From: Eledone cirrhosa
Lineage: Eukaryota
Assembly: GCA_964016885.1 (NCBI GenBank)
Contig: OZ024741.1
Span: forward strand, 411,060,001 to 411,124,000
DNA length: 64,000 bases
Direction of reading: 5' to 3'
This document shows, in pieces, positions 28,901-43,900 of the stretch. The stretch's first letter is position 1, and every line of letters starts with the position of its first letter. Made by a program: the position numbers and the translations under genes. The notes under the pieces were generated by a model that worked only from the letters and a program-made list of their open reading frames with translations, was not told the origin of the DNA and did not search any database.

Positions 28901-31900
28901 GGTGTTTTTTGTCATGACATCTACATGACCACTCTACAGTGTGGACTGGGTGTTTTTTGTCATGACATCTACATGACCACTCTACAGTGTGGACTGGGTG
29001 TTTTTTGTCATGACATCTACATGACCACTCTACAGTGTGGACTGGGTGTTTTTTGTCATGACATCTACATGACCACTCTACAGTGTGGACAGGGTGTTTT
29101 TTGTCATGACATCTACATGACCACTCTACAGTGTGGACTGGGTGTTTTTTGTCATGACACCTACATGACCACTCTTGTGTGTGGACTGGGTGTTTTTTGT
29201 CATGACATCTACATGACCACTCTACAGTGTGGACTGGGTGTTTTTTGTCATGACATCTACATGACCACTCTACAGTGTGGACTGGGTGTTTTTTGTCATG
29301 ACATCTACATGACCACTCTACAGTGTGGACTGGGTTGTTTTTTGTCATAACATCTACATGACCACTCTACAGTGTGGACTGGGTGTTTTTTGTCATGACA
29401 TCTACATGACCACTCTACAGTGTGGACTGAGTGTTTTTTGTCATGACATCTACATGACCACTCTACAGTGTGGACTGGGTGTTTTTTGTCATGACACCTA
29501 CATGACCACTCTACAGTGTGGACTGGGTTGTTTTTTGTCATAACATCTACATGACCACTCTACAGTGTGGACTGGGTGTTTTTTGTCATGACATCTACAT
29601 GACCACTCTACAGTGTGGACTGAGTGTTTTTTGTCATGACATCTACATGACCACTCTACAGTGTGGACTGGGTGTTTTTTGTCATGACACCTACATGACC
29701 ACTCTACAGTGTGGACTGGGTGTTTTTTGTCATGACATCTACATGACCACTCTACAGTGTGGACTGGGTGTTTTTTGTCATGACATCTACATGACCACTC
29801 TACAGTGTGGACTGGGTGTTTTTTGTCATGACATCTACATGACCACTCTACAGTGTGGACAGGGTGTTTTTTGTCATGACATCTACATGACCACTCTACA
29901 GTGTGGACTGGGTGTTTTTTGTCATGACACCTACATGACCACTCTACAGTGTGGACTGGGTGTTTTTTGTCATGACATCTACATGACCACTCTACAGTGT
30001 GGACTGGGTGTTTTTTGTCATGACATCTACATGACCACTCTACAGTGTGGACTGGGTGTTTTTTGTCATGACATCTACATGACCACTCTACAGTGTGGAC
30101 AGGGTGTTTTTTGTCATGACATCTACATGACCACTCTACAGTGTGGACTGGGTGTTTTTTGTCATGACATCTACATGACCACTCTACAGTGTGGACTGGG
30201 TGTTTTTTGTCATGACATCTACATGACCACTCTACAGTGTGGACTGGGTGTTTTTTGTCATGACATCTACATGACCACTCTACAGTGTGGACTGGGTGTT
30301 TTTTGTCATGAAATCTACATGACCACTCTACAGTGTGGACTGAGTGTTTTTTGTCATGACATCTACATGACCACTCTACAGTGTGGACTGGGTGTTTTTT
30401 GTCATGACACCTACATGACCACTCTACAGTGTGGACTGGGTGTTTTTTGTCATGACATCTACATGCCCACTCTACAGTGTGGACTGGGTGTTTTTTGTCA
30501 TGACATCTACATGACCACTCTACAGTGTGGACTGGGTGTTTTTTGTCATGACATCTACATGACCACTCTACAGTGTGGACTGGGTGTTTTTTGTCATGAC
30601 ATCTACATGACCACTCTACAGTGTGGACTGGGTGTTTTTTGTCATGACACCTACATGACCACTCTTGTGTGTGGACTGGGTGTTTTTTGTCATGACATCT
30701 ACATGACCACTCTACAGTGTGGACTGGGTGTTTTTTGTCATGACATCTACATGACCACTCTACAGTGTGGACTGGGTGTTTTTTGTCATGACATCTACAT
30801 GACCACTCTACAGTGTGGACAGGGTGTTTTTTGTCATGACATCTACACGACCACTCTACAGTGTGGACTGGGTGTTTTTTGTCATGACATCTACATGGCC
30901 ACTCTACAGTGTGGACTAGGTGTTTTTTGTCATGACATCTACATGACCACTCTACAGTGTGGACTGGGTGTTTTTTGTCATGACATCTACATGACCACTC
31001 TACAGTGTGGACTGGGTGTTTCTTGTCATGACATCTACATGACCACTCTACAGTGTGGACTGGGTGTTTTTTGTCATGACATCTACATGACCAGTCTACA
31101 GTGTGGACTGGGTGTTTTTTGTCATGACATCTACATGGCCACTCTACAGTGTGGACTAGGTGTTTTTTGTCATGACATCTACATGACCACTCTACAGTGT
31201 GGACTGGGTGTTTTTTGTCATGACATCTACATAACCACTCTACAATGTGGACTGGGTGTTTTTTGTCATGACATCTACATGACCACTCTACAGTGTGGAC
31301 TGGGTGTTTTTTGTCATGACATCTACATGACCACTCTACAGTGTGGACTGGGTGTTTTTTGTCATGACATCTACATAACCACTCTACAATGTGGACTGGG
31401 TGTTTTTTGTCATGACATCTACATGACCACTCTACAGTGTGGACTGGGTGTTTTTTGTCATGACATCTACAGGACCACTCTACAGTGTGGACTGGGTGTT
31501 TTTTGTCATAATACCTACATGACCACTCTACAGTGTGGACTGGGTGTTTTTTGTCATGACATCTACATGACCACTCTACAGTGTGGACTGGGTGTTTTTT
31601 GAAATGACATCTACATGACCACTCTACAGTGTGGACAGGGTGTTTTTTGTCATGACATCTACATGACCACTCTACAGTGTGGACTGGGTGTTTTTTGTCA
31701 TGACATCTACATGACCACTCTACAGTGTGGACTGGGTGTTTTTTGTCATGACATCTACATGACCACTCTACAGTGTGGACTGGGTGTTTTTTGTCATAAC
31801 ATCTACATGACCACTTTACAGTGTGGACTGGGTGATTTTGTCATGACATCTACGTGACCACTCTACAGTATGGACTGGGTGTTTTTTGTCATGACACCTA

Positions 31901-34900
31901 CGTGACCACTCTACAGTGTGGACAGGGTGTTTTTTGTCATGACATCTACATGACCACTCTACAGTGTGGACTGGGTGTTTTTTGTCATGACATCTACATG
32001 ACCACTCTACAGTGTGGACTGGGTGTTTTTTGTCATGACACCTACATGACCACTCTACAGTGTGGACGAGGTGTTTTTTGTCATGACATCTACATGACCA
32101 CTCTACAGTGTGGACTGGGTGTTTTTTGTCATGACATCTACATGACCACTCTACAGTGTGGACTGGGTGTTTTTTGTCATGACATCTACATGACCACTCT
32201 ACAGTGTGGACTGGGTGTTTTTTGTCATGACATCTACATGACCAGTCTACAGTGTGGACTGGGTGTTTTTTGTCATGACATCTACATGACCACTCTACAG
32301 TGTGGACTGGGTGTTATTTGTCATGACACCTACATGACCACTCTACAGTGTGGACTGGGTGTTTTTTGTCATGACATCTACATGACCACTCTACAGTGTG
32401 GACTGGGTGTTTTTTGTCATGACATCTACATGACCACTCTACAGTGTGGACTGGGTGTTTTTTGTCATGACATCTACATGACCACTCTACAGTGTGGAGT
32501 GGGTGTTTTTTGTCATGACATCTACATGACCACTCTACAGTGTGGACTGGGTGTTTTTTGTCATGACACCTACATGACCACTCTACAGTGTGGACTGGGT
32601 GTTTTTGTCATGACATCTACATGACCACTCTACAGTGTGGACTGGGTGTTTTTTGTCATGACATCTACATGACCACTCTACAGTGTGGACTGGGTGTTTT
32701 TTGTCATGACATCTACTACATGACCACTCTACAGTGTGGACTGGGTGTTTTTTGTCATGACATCTACATGACCACTCTACAGTGTGGACTGGGTGTTTTT
32801 TGTCATGACATCTACATGACCACTCTACAGTGTGGACTGGGTGTTTTTTGTCATGACATCTACATGACCACTCTACAGTGTGGACTGGGTGTTTTTTGTC
32901 ATGACATCTACATGACCACTCTACAGTGTGGACTGGGTGTTTTTTGTCATGACATCTACATGACCACTCTACAGTGTGGACTGGGTGTTTTTTGTCATGA
33001 CATCTACATGACCACTCTACAGTGTGGACTGGGTGATTTTGTCATGACATCTACGTGACCACTCTACAGTATGGACTGGGTGTTTTTTGTCATGACACCT
33101 ACGTGACCACTCTACAGTGTGGACTGGGTGTTTTTTGTCATGACATCTACATGACCACTCTACAGTGTGGACTGGGTGTTTTTTGTCATGACATCTACAT
33201 GACCACTCTACAGTGTGGACTGGGTGTTTTTTGTCATGACATCTACGTGACCACTCTACAGTATGGACTGGGTGTTTTTTGTCATGACACCTACATGACC
33301 ACTCTACAGTGTGGACTGGGTGTTTTTTGTCATGACATCTACATGACCACTCTACAGTGTGGACTGGGTGTTTTTTGTCATGACATCTACATGACCACTC
33401 TACAGTGTGGACTGGGTGTTTTTTGTCATGACATCTACATGACCACTCTACAGTGTGGACTGGGTGTTTTTTGTCATGACATCTACATGACCACTCTACA
33501 GTGTGGACTGGGTGTTTTTTGTCATGACATCTACATGACCACTCTACAGTGTGGACAGGGTGTTTTTTGTCATGACATCTACATGACCACTCTACAGTGT
33601 GGACTGGGTGTTTTTTGTCATGACATCTACATGACCACTCTACAGTGTGGACAGGGTGTTTTTTGTCATGACATCTACATGACCACTCTACAGTGTGGAC
33701 TGGGTGTTTTTTGTCATGACATCTACATGACCACTCTACAGTGTGGACTGGGTGTTTTTTGTCATGACATCTACATGACCACTCTACAGTGTGGACTGGG
33801 TGTTTTTTGTCATGACACCTACATGACCACTCTACAGTGTGGACGAGGTGTTTTTTGTCATGACATCTACATGACCACTCTACAGTGTGGACTGGGTGTT
33901 TTTTGTCATGACATCTACATGACCACTCTACAGTGTGGACTGGGTGTTTTTTGTCATGACATCTACATGACCACTCTACAGTGTGGACTGGGTGTTATTT
34001 GTCATGACACCTACATGACCACTCTACAGTGTGGACTGGGTGTTTTTTGTCATGACATCTACATGACCACTCTACAGTGTGGACTGGGTGTTTTTTGTCA
34101 TGACATCTACTACATGACCACTCTACAGTGTGGACTGGGTGTTTTTTGTCATGACATCTACATGACCACTCTACAGTGTGGACTGGGTGTTTTTTTGTCA
34201 TGACATCTACATGACCACTCTACAGTGTGGACTGGGTGTTTTTTGTCATGACATCTACATGACCACTCTACAGTGTGGACTGGGTGTTTTTTGTCATGAC
34301 ATCTACATGACCACTCTACAGTGTGGACTGGGTGTTTTTTGTCATGACATCTACTACATGACCACTCTACAGTGTGGACTGGGTGTTTTTTGTCATGACA
34401 TCTACATGACCACTCTACAGTGTGGACTGGGTGTTTTTGTCATGACATCTACATGACCACTCTACAGTGTGGACTGGGTGTTTTTTGTCATGACATCTAC
34501 ATGACCACTCTACAGTGTGGACTGGGTGTTTTTTGTCATGACATCTACATGACCACTCTACAGTGTGGACTGGGTGTTTTTTGTCATGACATCTACATGA
34601 CCACTCTACAGTGTGGACAGGGTGTTTTTTGTCATGACATCTACACGACCACTCTACAGTGTGGACTGGGTGTTTTTTGTCATGACACCTACATGACCAC
34701 TCTGCAGTGTGGACTGGGTTGTTTATTGTCATAACATCTACATGACCACTCTACAGTGTGGACTGGGTGTTTTTTGTCATGACATCTACATGACCACTCT
34801 ACAGTGTGGACTGGGTGTTTTTTGTCATGACATCTACATGACCACTTTACAGTGTGGACTGGGTGTTTTTTGTCATGACATCTACATGACCACTCTACAG

Positions 34901-37900
34901 TGTGGACTGGGTGTTTTTTGTCATGACATCTACATGACCACTCTACAGTGTGGACAGGGTGTTTTTTGTCATGACATCTACATGACCACTCTACAGTGTG
35001 GACTGGGTGTTTTTTGTCATGACATCTACATAACCACTCTACAGTGTGGACTGGGTGTTTTTTGTCATGACATCTACTACATGACCACTCTACAGTGTGG
35101 ACTGGGTGTTTTTTGTCATGACATCTACATGACCACTCTACAGTGTGGACTGGGTGTTTTTTGTCATGACATCTACTACATGACCACTCTACAGTGTGGA
35201 CTGGGTGTTTTTTGTCATGACATCTACATGACCACTCTACAGTGTGGACAGGGTGTTTTTTGTCATGACATCTACATGACCACTCTACAGTGTGGACTGG
35301 GTGTTTTTTGTCATGACATCTACATGACCACTCTACAGTGTGGACTGGGTGTTTTTTGTCATGACATCTACTACATGACCACTCTACAGTGTGGACTGGG
35401 TGTTTTTTGTCATGACATCTACATGACCACTCTACAGTGTGGACTGGGTGTTTTTTGTCATGACATCTACATGACCACTCTACAGTGTGGACTGGGTGTT
35501 TTTTGTCATGACATCTACATGACCACTCTACAGTGTGGACTGGGTGTTTTTTGTCATGACATCTACATGACCACTCTACAGTGTGGACTGGGTGTTTTTT
35601 GTCATGACATCTACATGACCACTCTACAGTGTGGACAGGGTGTTTTTTGTCATGACATCTACACGACCACTCTACAGTGTGGACTGGGTGTTTTTTGTCA
35701 TGACACCTACATGACCACTCTGCAGTGTGGACTGGGTTGTTTATAGTCATAACATCTACATGACCACTCTACAGTGTGGACTGGGTGTTTTTTGTCATGA
35801 CATCTACATGACCACTCTACAGTGTCGACTGGGTGTTTTTTGTCATGACATCTACATGACCACTTTACAGTGTGGACTGGGTGTTTTTTGTCATGACATC
35901 TACATGACCACTCTACAGTGTGGACTGGGTGTTTTTTGTCATGACATCTACATGACCACTCTACAGTGTGGACAGGGTGTTTTTTGTCATGACATCTACA
36001 TGACCACTCTACAGTGTGGACTGGGTGTTTTTGTCATGACATCTACATGACCACTCTACAGTGTGGACTGGGTGTTTTTTGTCATGACATCTACATGACC
36101 ACTCTACAGTGTGGACTGGGTGTTTTTTGTCATGACACCTACATGACCACTCTACAGTGTGGACGAGGTGTTTTTTGTCATGACATCTACATGACCACTC
36201 TACAGTGTGGACTGGGTGTTTTTTGTCATGACATCTACATGACCACTCTACAGTGTGGACTGGGTGTTTTTTGTCATGACATCTACATGACCACTCTACA
36301 GTGTGGACTGGGTGTTTTTTGTCATGACATCTACATGACCACTCTACAGTGTGGACTGGGTGTTTTTTGTCATGACATCTACATGACCACTCTACAGTGT
36401 GGACTGGGTGTTTTTTGTCATGACATCTACTACATGACCACTCTACAGTGTGGACTGGGTGTTTTTTGTCATGACATCTACATGACCACTCTACAGTGTG
36501 GACTGGGTGTTTTTTGTCATGACATCTACATGACCACTCTACAGTGTGGACTGGGTGTTTTTTGTCATGACATCTACATGACCACTCTACAGTGTGGACA
36601 GGGTGTTTTTTGTCATGACATCTACACGACCACTCTACAGTGTGGACTGGGTGTTTTTTGTCATGACACCTACATGACCACTCTGCAGTGTGGACTGGGT
36701 TGTTTATAGTCATAACATCTACATGACCACTCTACAGTGTGGACTGGGTGTTTTTTGTCATGACATCTACATGACCACTCTACAGTGTCGACTGGGTGTT
36801 TTTTGTCATGACATCTACATGACCACTTTACAGTGTGGACTGGGTGTTTTTTGTCATGACATCTACATGACCACTCTACAGTGTGGACTGGGTGTTTTTT
36901 GTCATGACATCTACATGACCACTCTACAGTGTGGACAGGGTGTTTTTTGTCATGACATCTACATGACCACTCTACAGTGTGGACTGGGTGTTTTTTTGTC
37001 ATGACATCTACATGACCACTCTACAGTGTGGACTGGGTGTTTTTTGTCATGACATCTACATGACCACTCTACAGTGTGGACTGGGTGTTTTTTGTCATGA
37101 CACCTACATGACCACTCTACAGTGTGGACGAGGTGTTTTTTGTCATGACATCTACATGACCACTCTACAGTGTGGACTGGGTGTTTTTTGTCATGACATC
37201 TACATGACCACTCTACAGTGTGGACTGGGTGTTTTTTGTCATGACATCTACATGACCACTCTACAGTGTGGACTGGGTGTTTTTTGTCATGACATCTACA
37301 TGACCACTCTACAGTGTGGACTGGGTGTTTTTTGTCATGACATCTACATGACCACTCTACAGTGTGGACTGGGTGTTTTTTGTCATGACATCTACATGAC
37401 CACTCTACAGTGTGGACTGGGTGTTTTTTGTCATGACATCTACATGACCACTCTACAGTGTGGACTGGGTGTTTTTTGTCATGACATCTACATGACCACT
37501 CTACAGTGTGGACTGGGTGTTTTTTGTCATGACATCTACATGACCACTCTACAGTGTGGACTGGGTGTTTTTTGTCATGACACCTACATGACCACTCTAC
37601 AGTGTGGACTGGGTGTTTTTTGTCATGACATCTACATGACCACTCTACAGTGTGGACTGGGTGTTTTTCGTCATGACATCTACATGACCACTCTACAGTG
37701 TGGACTGGGTGTTTTTTGTCATGACATCTACATGACCACTCTACAGTGTGGACTGGGTGTTTTTTGTCATGACATCTACTACATGACCACTCTACAGTGT
37801 GGACTGGGTGTTTTTTGTCATGACATCTACATGACCACTCTACAGTGTGGACTGGGTGTTTTTTGTCATGACATCTACATGACCACTCTACAGTGTGGAG

Positions 37901-40900
37901 TGGGTGTTTTTTGTCATGACATCTACATGACCACTCTACAGTGTGGACTGGGTGTTTTTTTGTCATGACATCTACATGACCACTCTACAGTGTGGACTGG
38001 GTGTTTTTTGTCATGACATCTACATGACCACTCTACAGTGTGGACTGGGTGTTTTTTTGTCATGACATCTACTACATGACCACTCTACAGTGTGGACTGG
38101 GTGTTTTTTGTCATGACATCTACATGACCACTCTACAGTGTGGACTGGGTGTTTTTTGTCATGACATCTACATGACCACTCTACAGTGTGGACTGGGTGT
38201 TTTTGTCATGACATCTACATGACCACTCTACAGTGTGGACTGGGTGTTTTTTGTCATGACATCTACATGACCACTCTACAGTGTGGACTGGGTGTTTTTT
38301 GTCATGACATCTACTACATGACCACTCTACAGTGTGGACTGGGTGTTTTTTGTCATGACATCTACATGACCACTCTACAGTGTGGACTGGGTGTTTTTTG
38401 TCATGACATCTACATGACCACTCTACAGTGTGGACTGGGTGTTTTTTGTCATGACATCTACATGACCACTCTACAGTGTGGACTGGGTGTTTTTTGTCAT
38501 GACATCTACATGACCACTCTACAGTGTGGACAGGGTGTTTTTTGTCATGACATCTACACGACCACTCTACAGTGTGGACTGGGTGTTTTTTGTCATGACA
38601 CCTACATGACCACTCTGCAGTGTGGACTGGGTTGTTTATTGTCATAACATCTACATGACCACTCTACAGTGTGGACTGGGTGTTTTTTGTCATGACATCT
38701 ACATGACCACTTTACAGTGTGGACTGGGTGTTTTTTGTCATGACATCTACATGACCACTCTACAGTGTGGACTGGGTGTTTTTTGTCATGACATCTACAT
38801 GACCACTCTACAGTGTGGACAGGGTGTTTTTTGTCATGACATCTACATGACCACTCTACAGTGTGGACTGGGTGTTTTTTGTCATGACATCTACATGACC
38901 ACTCTACAGTGTGGACTGGGTGTTTTTTGTCATGACATCTACATGACCACTCTACAGTGTGGACTGGGTGTTTTTTGTCATGACACCTACATGACCACTC
39001 TACAGTGTGGACGAGGTGTTTTTTGTCATGACATCTACATGACCACTCTACAGTGTGGACTGGGTGTTTTTTGTCATGACATCTACATGACCACTCTACA
39101 GTGTGGACTGGGTGTTTTTTGTCATGACATCTACATGACCACTCTACAGTGTGGACTGGGTGTTTTTTGTCATGACATCTACATGACCACTCTACAGTGT
39201 GGACTGGGTGTTTTTTGTCATGACATCTACATGACCACTCTACAGTGTGGACTGGGTGTTTTTTGTCATGACATCTACATGACCACTCTACAGTGTGGAC
39301 TGGGTGTTTTTTGTCATGACATCTACATGACCACTCTACAGTGTGGACTGGGTGTTTTTTGTCATGACATCTACATGACCACTCTACAGTGTGGACTGGG
39401 TGTTTTTTGTCATGACATCTACATGACCACTCTACAGTGTGGACTGGGTGTTTTTTGTCATGACATCTACATGACCACTCTACAGTGTGGACTGGGTGTT
39501 TTTTGTCATGACACCTACATGACCACTCTACAGTGTGGACTGGGTGTTTTTGTCATGACATCTACATGACCACTCTACAGTGTGGACTGGGTGTTTTTTG
39601 TCATGACATCTACATGACCACTCTACAGTGTGGACTGGGTGTTTTTTGTCATGACATCTACTACATGACCACTCTACAGTGTGGACTGGGTGTTTTTTGT
39701 CATGACATCTACATGACCACTCTACAGTGTGGACTGGGTGTTTTTTGTCATGACACCTACATGACCACTCTTGTGTGTGGACTGGGTGTTTTTTGTCATG
39801 ACATCTACATGACCACTCTACAGTGTGGACTGGGTGTTTTTTGTCATGACATCTACATGACCACTCTACAGTGTGGACTGGGTGTTTTTTGTCATGACAC
39901 CTACATGACCACTCTGCAGTGTGGACTGGGTTGTTTATTGTCATAACATCTACATGACCACTCTACAGTGTGGACTGGGTGTTTTTTGTCATGACATCTA
40001 CATGACCACTCTACAGTGTGGACTGAGTGTTTTTTGTCATGACATCTACATGACCACTCTACAGTGTGGACTGGGTTGTTTTTTGTCATAACATCTACAT
40101 GACCACTCTACAGTGTGGACTGGGTGTTTTTTGTCATGACATCTACATGACCACTCTACAGTGTGGACTGGGTGTTTTTTGTCATGACATCTACATGACC
40201 ACTCTACAGTGTGGACTGGGTGTTTTTTGTCATGACATCTACATGACCACTCTACAGTGTGGACTGGGTGTTTTTTGTCATGATATCTACGTGACCACTC
40301 TACAGTGTGGACTGGGTGTCTTTTGTCATGACACCTACGTGACCACTCTACAGTGTGGACTGGGTGTTTTTTGTCATGACATCTACATGACCACTCTACA
40401 GTGTGGACTGGGTGTTTTTTGTCATGACATCTACATGACCACTCTACAGTGTGGACTGGGTGTTTTTTGTCATGACATCTACATGACCACTCTACAGTGT
40501 GGACTGGGTGTTTTTTGTCATGATATCTACGTGACCACTCTACAGTGTGGACTGGGTGTTTTTTGTCATGACACCTACGTGACCACTCTACAGTGTGGAC
40601 TGGGTGTTTTTTGTCATGACATCTACATGACCACTCTACAGTGTGGACTGGGTGTTTTTTGTCATGACATCTACATGACCACTCTACAGTGTGGACTGGG
40701 TGTTTTTTGTCATGACATCTACATGACCACTCTACAGTGTGGACTGGGTGTTTTTTGTCATGATATCTACATGACCACTCTACAGTGTGGACTGAGTGTT
40801 TTTTGTCATGACATCTACATGACCACTCTACAGTGTGGACAGGGTGTTTTTTGTCATGACATCTACATGACCACTCTACAGTGTGGACTGGGTGTTTTTT

Positions 40901-43900
40901 GTCATGACATCTACATGACCACTCTACAGTGTGGACTGGGTGTTTTTTGTCATGACATCTACATGACCACTCTACAGTGTGGACTGGGTGTTTTTTGTCA
41001 TGACATCTACATGACCACTCTACAGTGTGGACTGGGTGTTTTTTGTCATGACACCTACATGACCACTCTACAGTGTGGACTGGGTGTTTTTTGTCATGAC
41101 ATCTACATGACCACTCTACAGTGTAGACTGGGTGTTTTTTGTCATGACATCTACATGACCACTCTACAGTGTGGACTGGGTGTTTTTTGTCATGACATCT
41201 ACATGACCACTCTACAGTGTGGACTGGGTGTTTTTTGTCATGACATCTACATGACCACTCTACAGTGTGGACTGGGTGTTTTTTGTCATGACATCTACAT
41301 GACCACTCTACAGTGTGGACAGGGTGTTTTTTGTCATGACATCTACATGACCACTCTACAGTGTAGACTGGGTGTTTTTTGTCATGACATCTACATGACC
41401 ACTCTACAGTGTGGACTGGGTGTTTTTTGTCATGACATCTACATGACCACTCTACAGTGTGGACTGGGTGTTTTTTGTCATGACATCTACATGACCACTC
41501 TACAGTGTGGACAGGGTGTTTTTTGTCATGACATCTACATGACCACTCTACAGTGTGGACTGGGTGTTTTTTGTCATGACATCTACATGACCACTCTACA
41601 GTGTGGACAGGGTGTTTTTTGTCATGACATCTACATGACCACTCTACAGTGTGGACTGGGTGTTTTTTGTCATGACATCTACATGACCACTCTACAGTGT
41701 GGACAGGGTGTTTTTTGTCATGACATCTACATGACCACTCTACAGTGTGGACTGGGTGTTTTTTGTCATGACATCTACATGACCACTCTACAGTGTGGAC
41801 TGGGTGTTTTTTGTCATGACATCTACATGACCACTCTACAGTGTGGACAGGGTGTTTTTTGTCATGACATCTACATGACCACTCTACAGTGTGGACTGGG
41901 TGTTTTTTGTCATGACATCTACATGACCACTCTACAGTGTGGACAGGGTGTTTTTTGTCATGACATCTACATGACCACTCTACAGTGTGGACTGGGTGTT
42001 TTTTGTCATGACATCTACATGACCACTCTACAGTGTGGACTGGGTGTTTTTTGTCATGACATCTACATGACCACTCTACAGTGTGGACAGGGTGTTTTTT
42101 GTCATGACATCTACATGACCACTCTACAGTGTAGACTGGGTGTTTTTTGTCATGACATCTACATGACCACTCTACAGTGTGGACTGGGTGTTTTTTGTCA
42201 TGACATCTACATGACCACTCTACAGTGTGGACTGGGTGTTTTTTGTCATGACATCTACATGACCACTCTACAGTGTGGACTGGGTGTTTTTTGTCATGAC
42301 ATCTACATGACCACTCTACAGTGTGGACAGGGTGTTTTTTGTCATGACATCTACATGACCACTCTACAGTGTGGACTGGGTGTTTTTTGTCATGACATCT
42401 ACATGACCACTCTACAGTGTGGACAGGGTGTTTTTTGTCATGACATCTACATGACCACTCTACAGTGTGGACTGGGTGTTTTTTGTCATGACATCTACAT
42501 GACCACTCTACAGTGTGGACTGGGTTTTTTTGTCATGACATCTACATGACCACTCTACAGTGTGGACTGGGTGTTTTTTGTCATGACATCTACATGACCA
42601 CTCTACAGTGTGGACAGGGTGTTTTTTGTCATGACATCTACATGACCACTCTACAGTGTGGACTGGGTGTTTTTTGTCATGACATCTACATGACCACTGT
42701 ACAGTGTGGACAGGGTGTTTTTTGTCATGACATCTACATGACCACTCTACAGTGTGGACTGGGTGTTTTTTGTCATGACATCTACATGACCACTCTACAG
42801 TGTGGACTGGGTGTTTTTTGTCATGACATCTACATGACCACTCTACAGTGTGGACTGGGTGTTTTTTGTCATGACATCTACATGACCACTCTACAGTGTG
42901 GACTGGGTGTTTTTTGTCATGACATCTACATGACCACTCTACAGTGTGGACTGTGTGTTTTTTGTCATGACACCTACATGACCACTCTACAGTGTGGACT
43001 GGGTGTTTTTTGTCATGACATCTACATGACCACTCTACAGTGTGGACTGGGTGTTTTTTGTCATGACATCTACATGACCACTCTACAGTGTGGACTGGGT
43101 GTTTTTTGTCATGACATCTACATGACCACTCTACAGTGTGGACTGGGTGTTTTTTGTCATGACATCTACATGACCACTCTACAGTGTGGACTGGGTGTTT
43201 TTTGTCATGACATCTACATGACCACTCTACAGTGTGGACTGGGTGTTTTTTGTCATGACACCTACATGACCACTCTACAGTGTGGACTGGGTGTTTTTTG
43301 TCATGACACCTACATGACCACTCTACAGTGTGGACTGGGTGTTTTTTGTCATGACATCTACATGACCACTCTACAGTGTGGACTGGGTGTTTTTTGTCAT
43401 GACATCTACATGACCACTCTACAGTGTGGACTGGGTGTTTTTTGTCATGACATCTACATGACCACTCTACAGTGTGGACTGAGTGTTTTTTGTCATGACA
43501 TCTACATGACCACTCTACAGTGTGGACTGGGTGTTTTTTGTCATGACATCTACATGACCACTCTACAGTGTGGACTGGGTGTTTTTTGTCATGACATCTA
43601 CATGACCACTCTACAGTGTGGACTGGGTGTTTTTTGTCATGACATCTACATGACCACTCTACAGTGTGGACAGGGTGTTTTTTGTCATGACATCTACATG
43701 ACCACTCTACAGTGTAGACTGGGTGTTTTTTGTCATGACATCTACATGACCACTCTACAGTGTGGACTGGGTGTTTTTTGTCATGACATCTACATGACCA
43801 CTCTACAGTGTGGACTGGGTGTTTTTTGTCATGACATCTACATGACCACTCTACAGTGTGGACAGGGTGTTTTTTGTCATGACATCTACATGACCACTCT

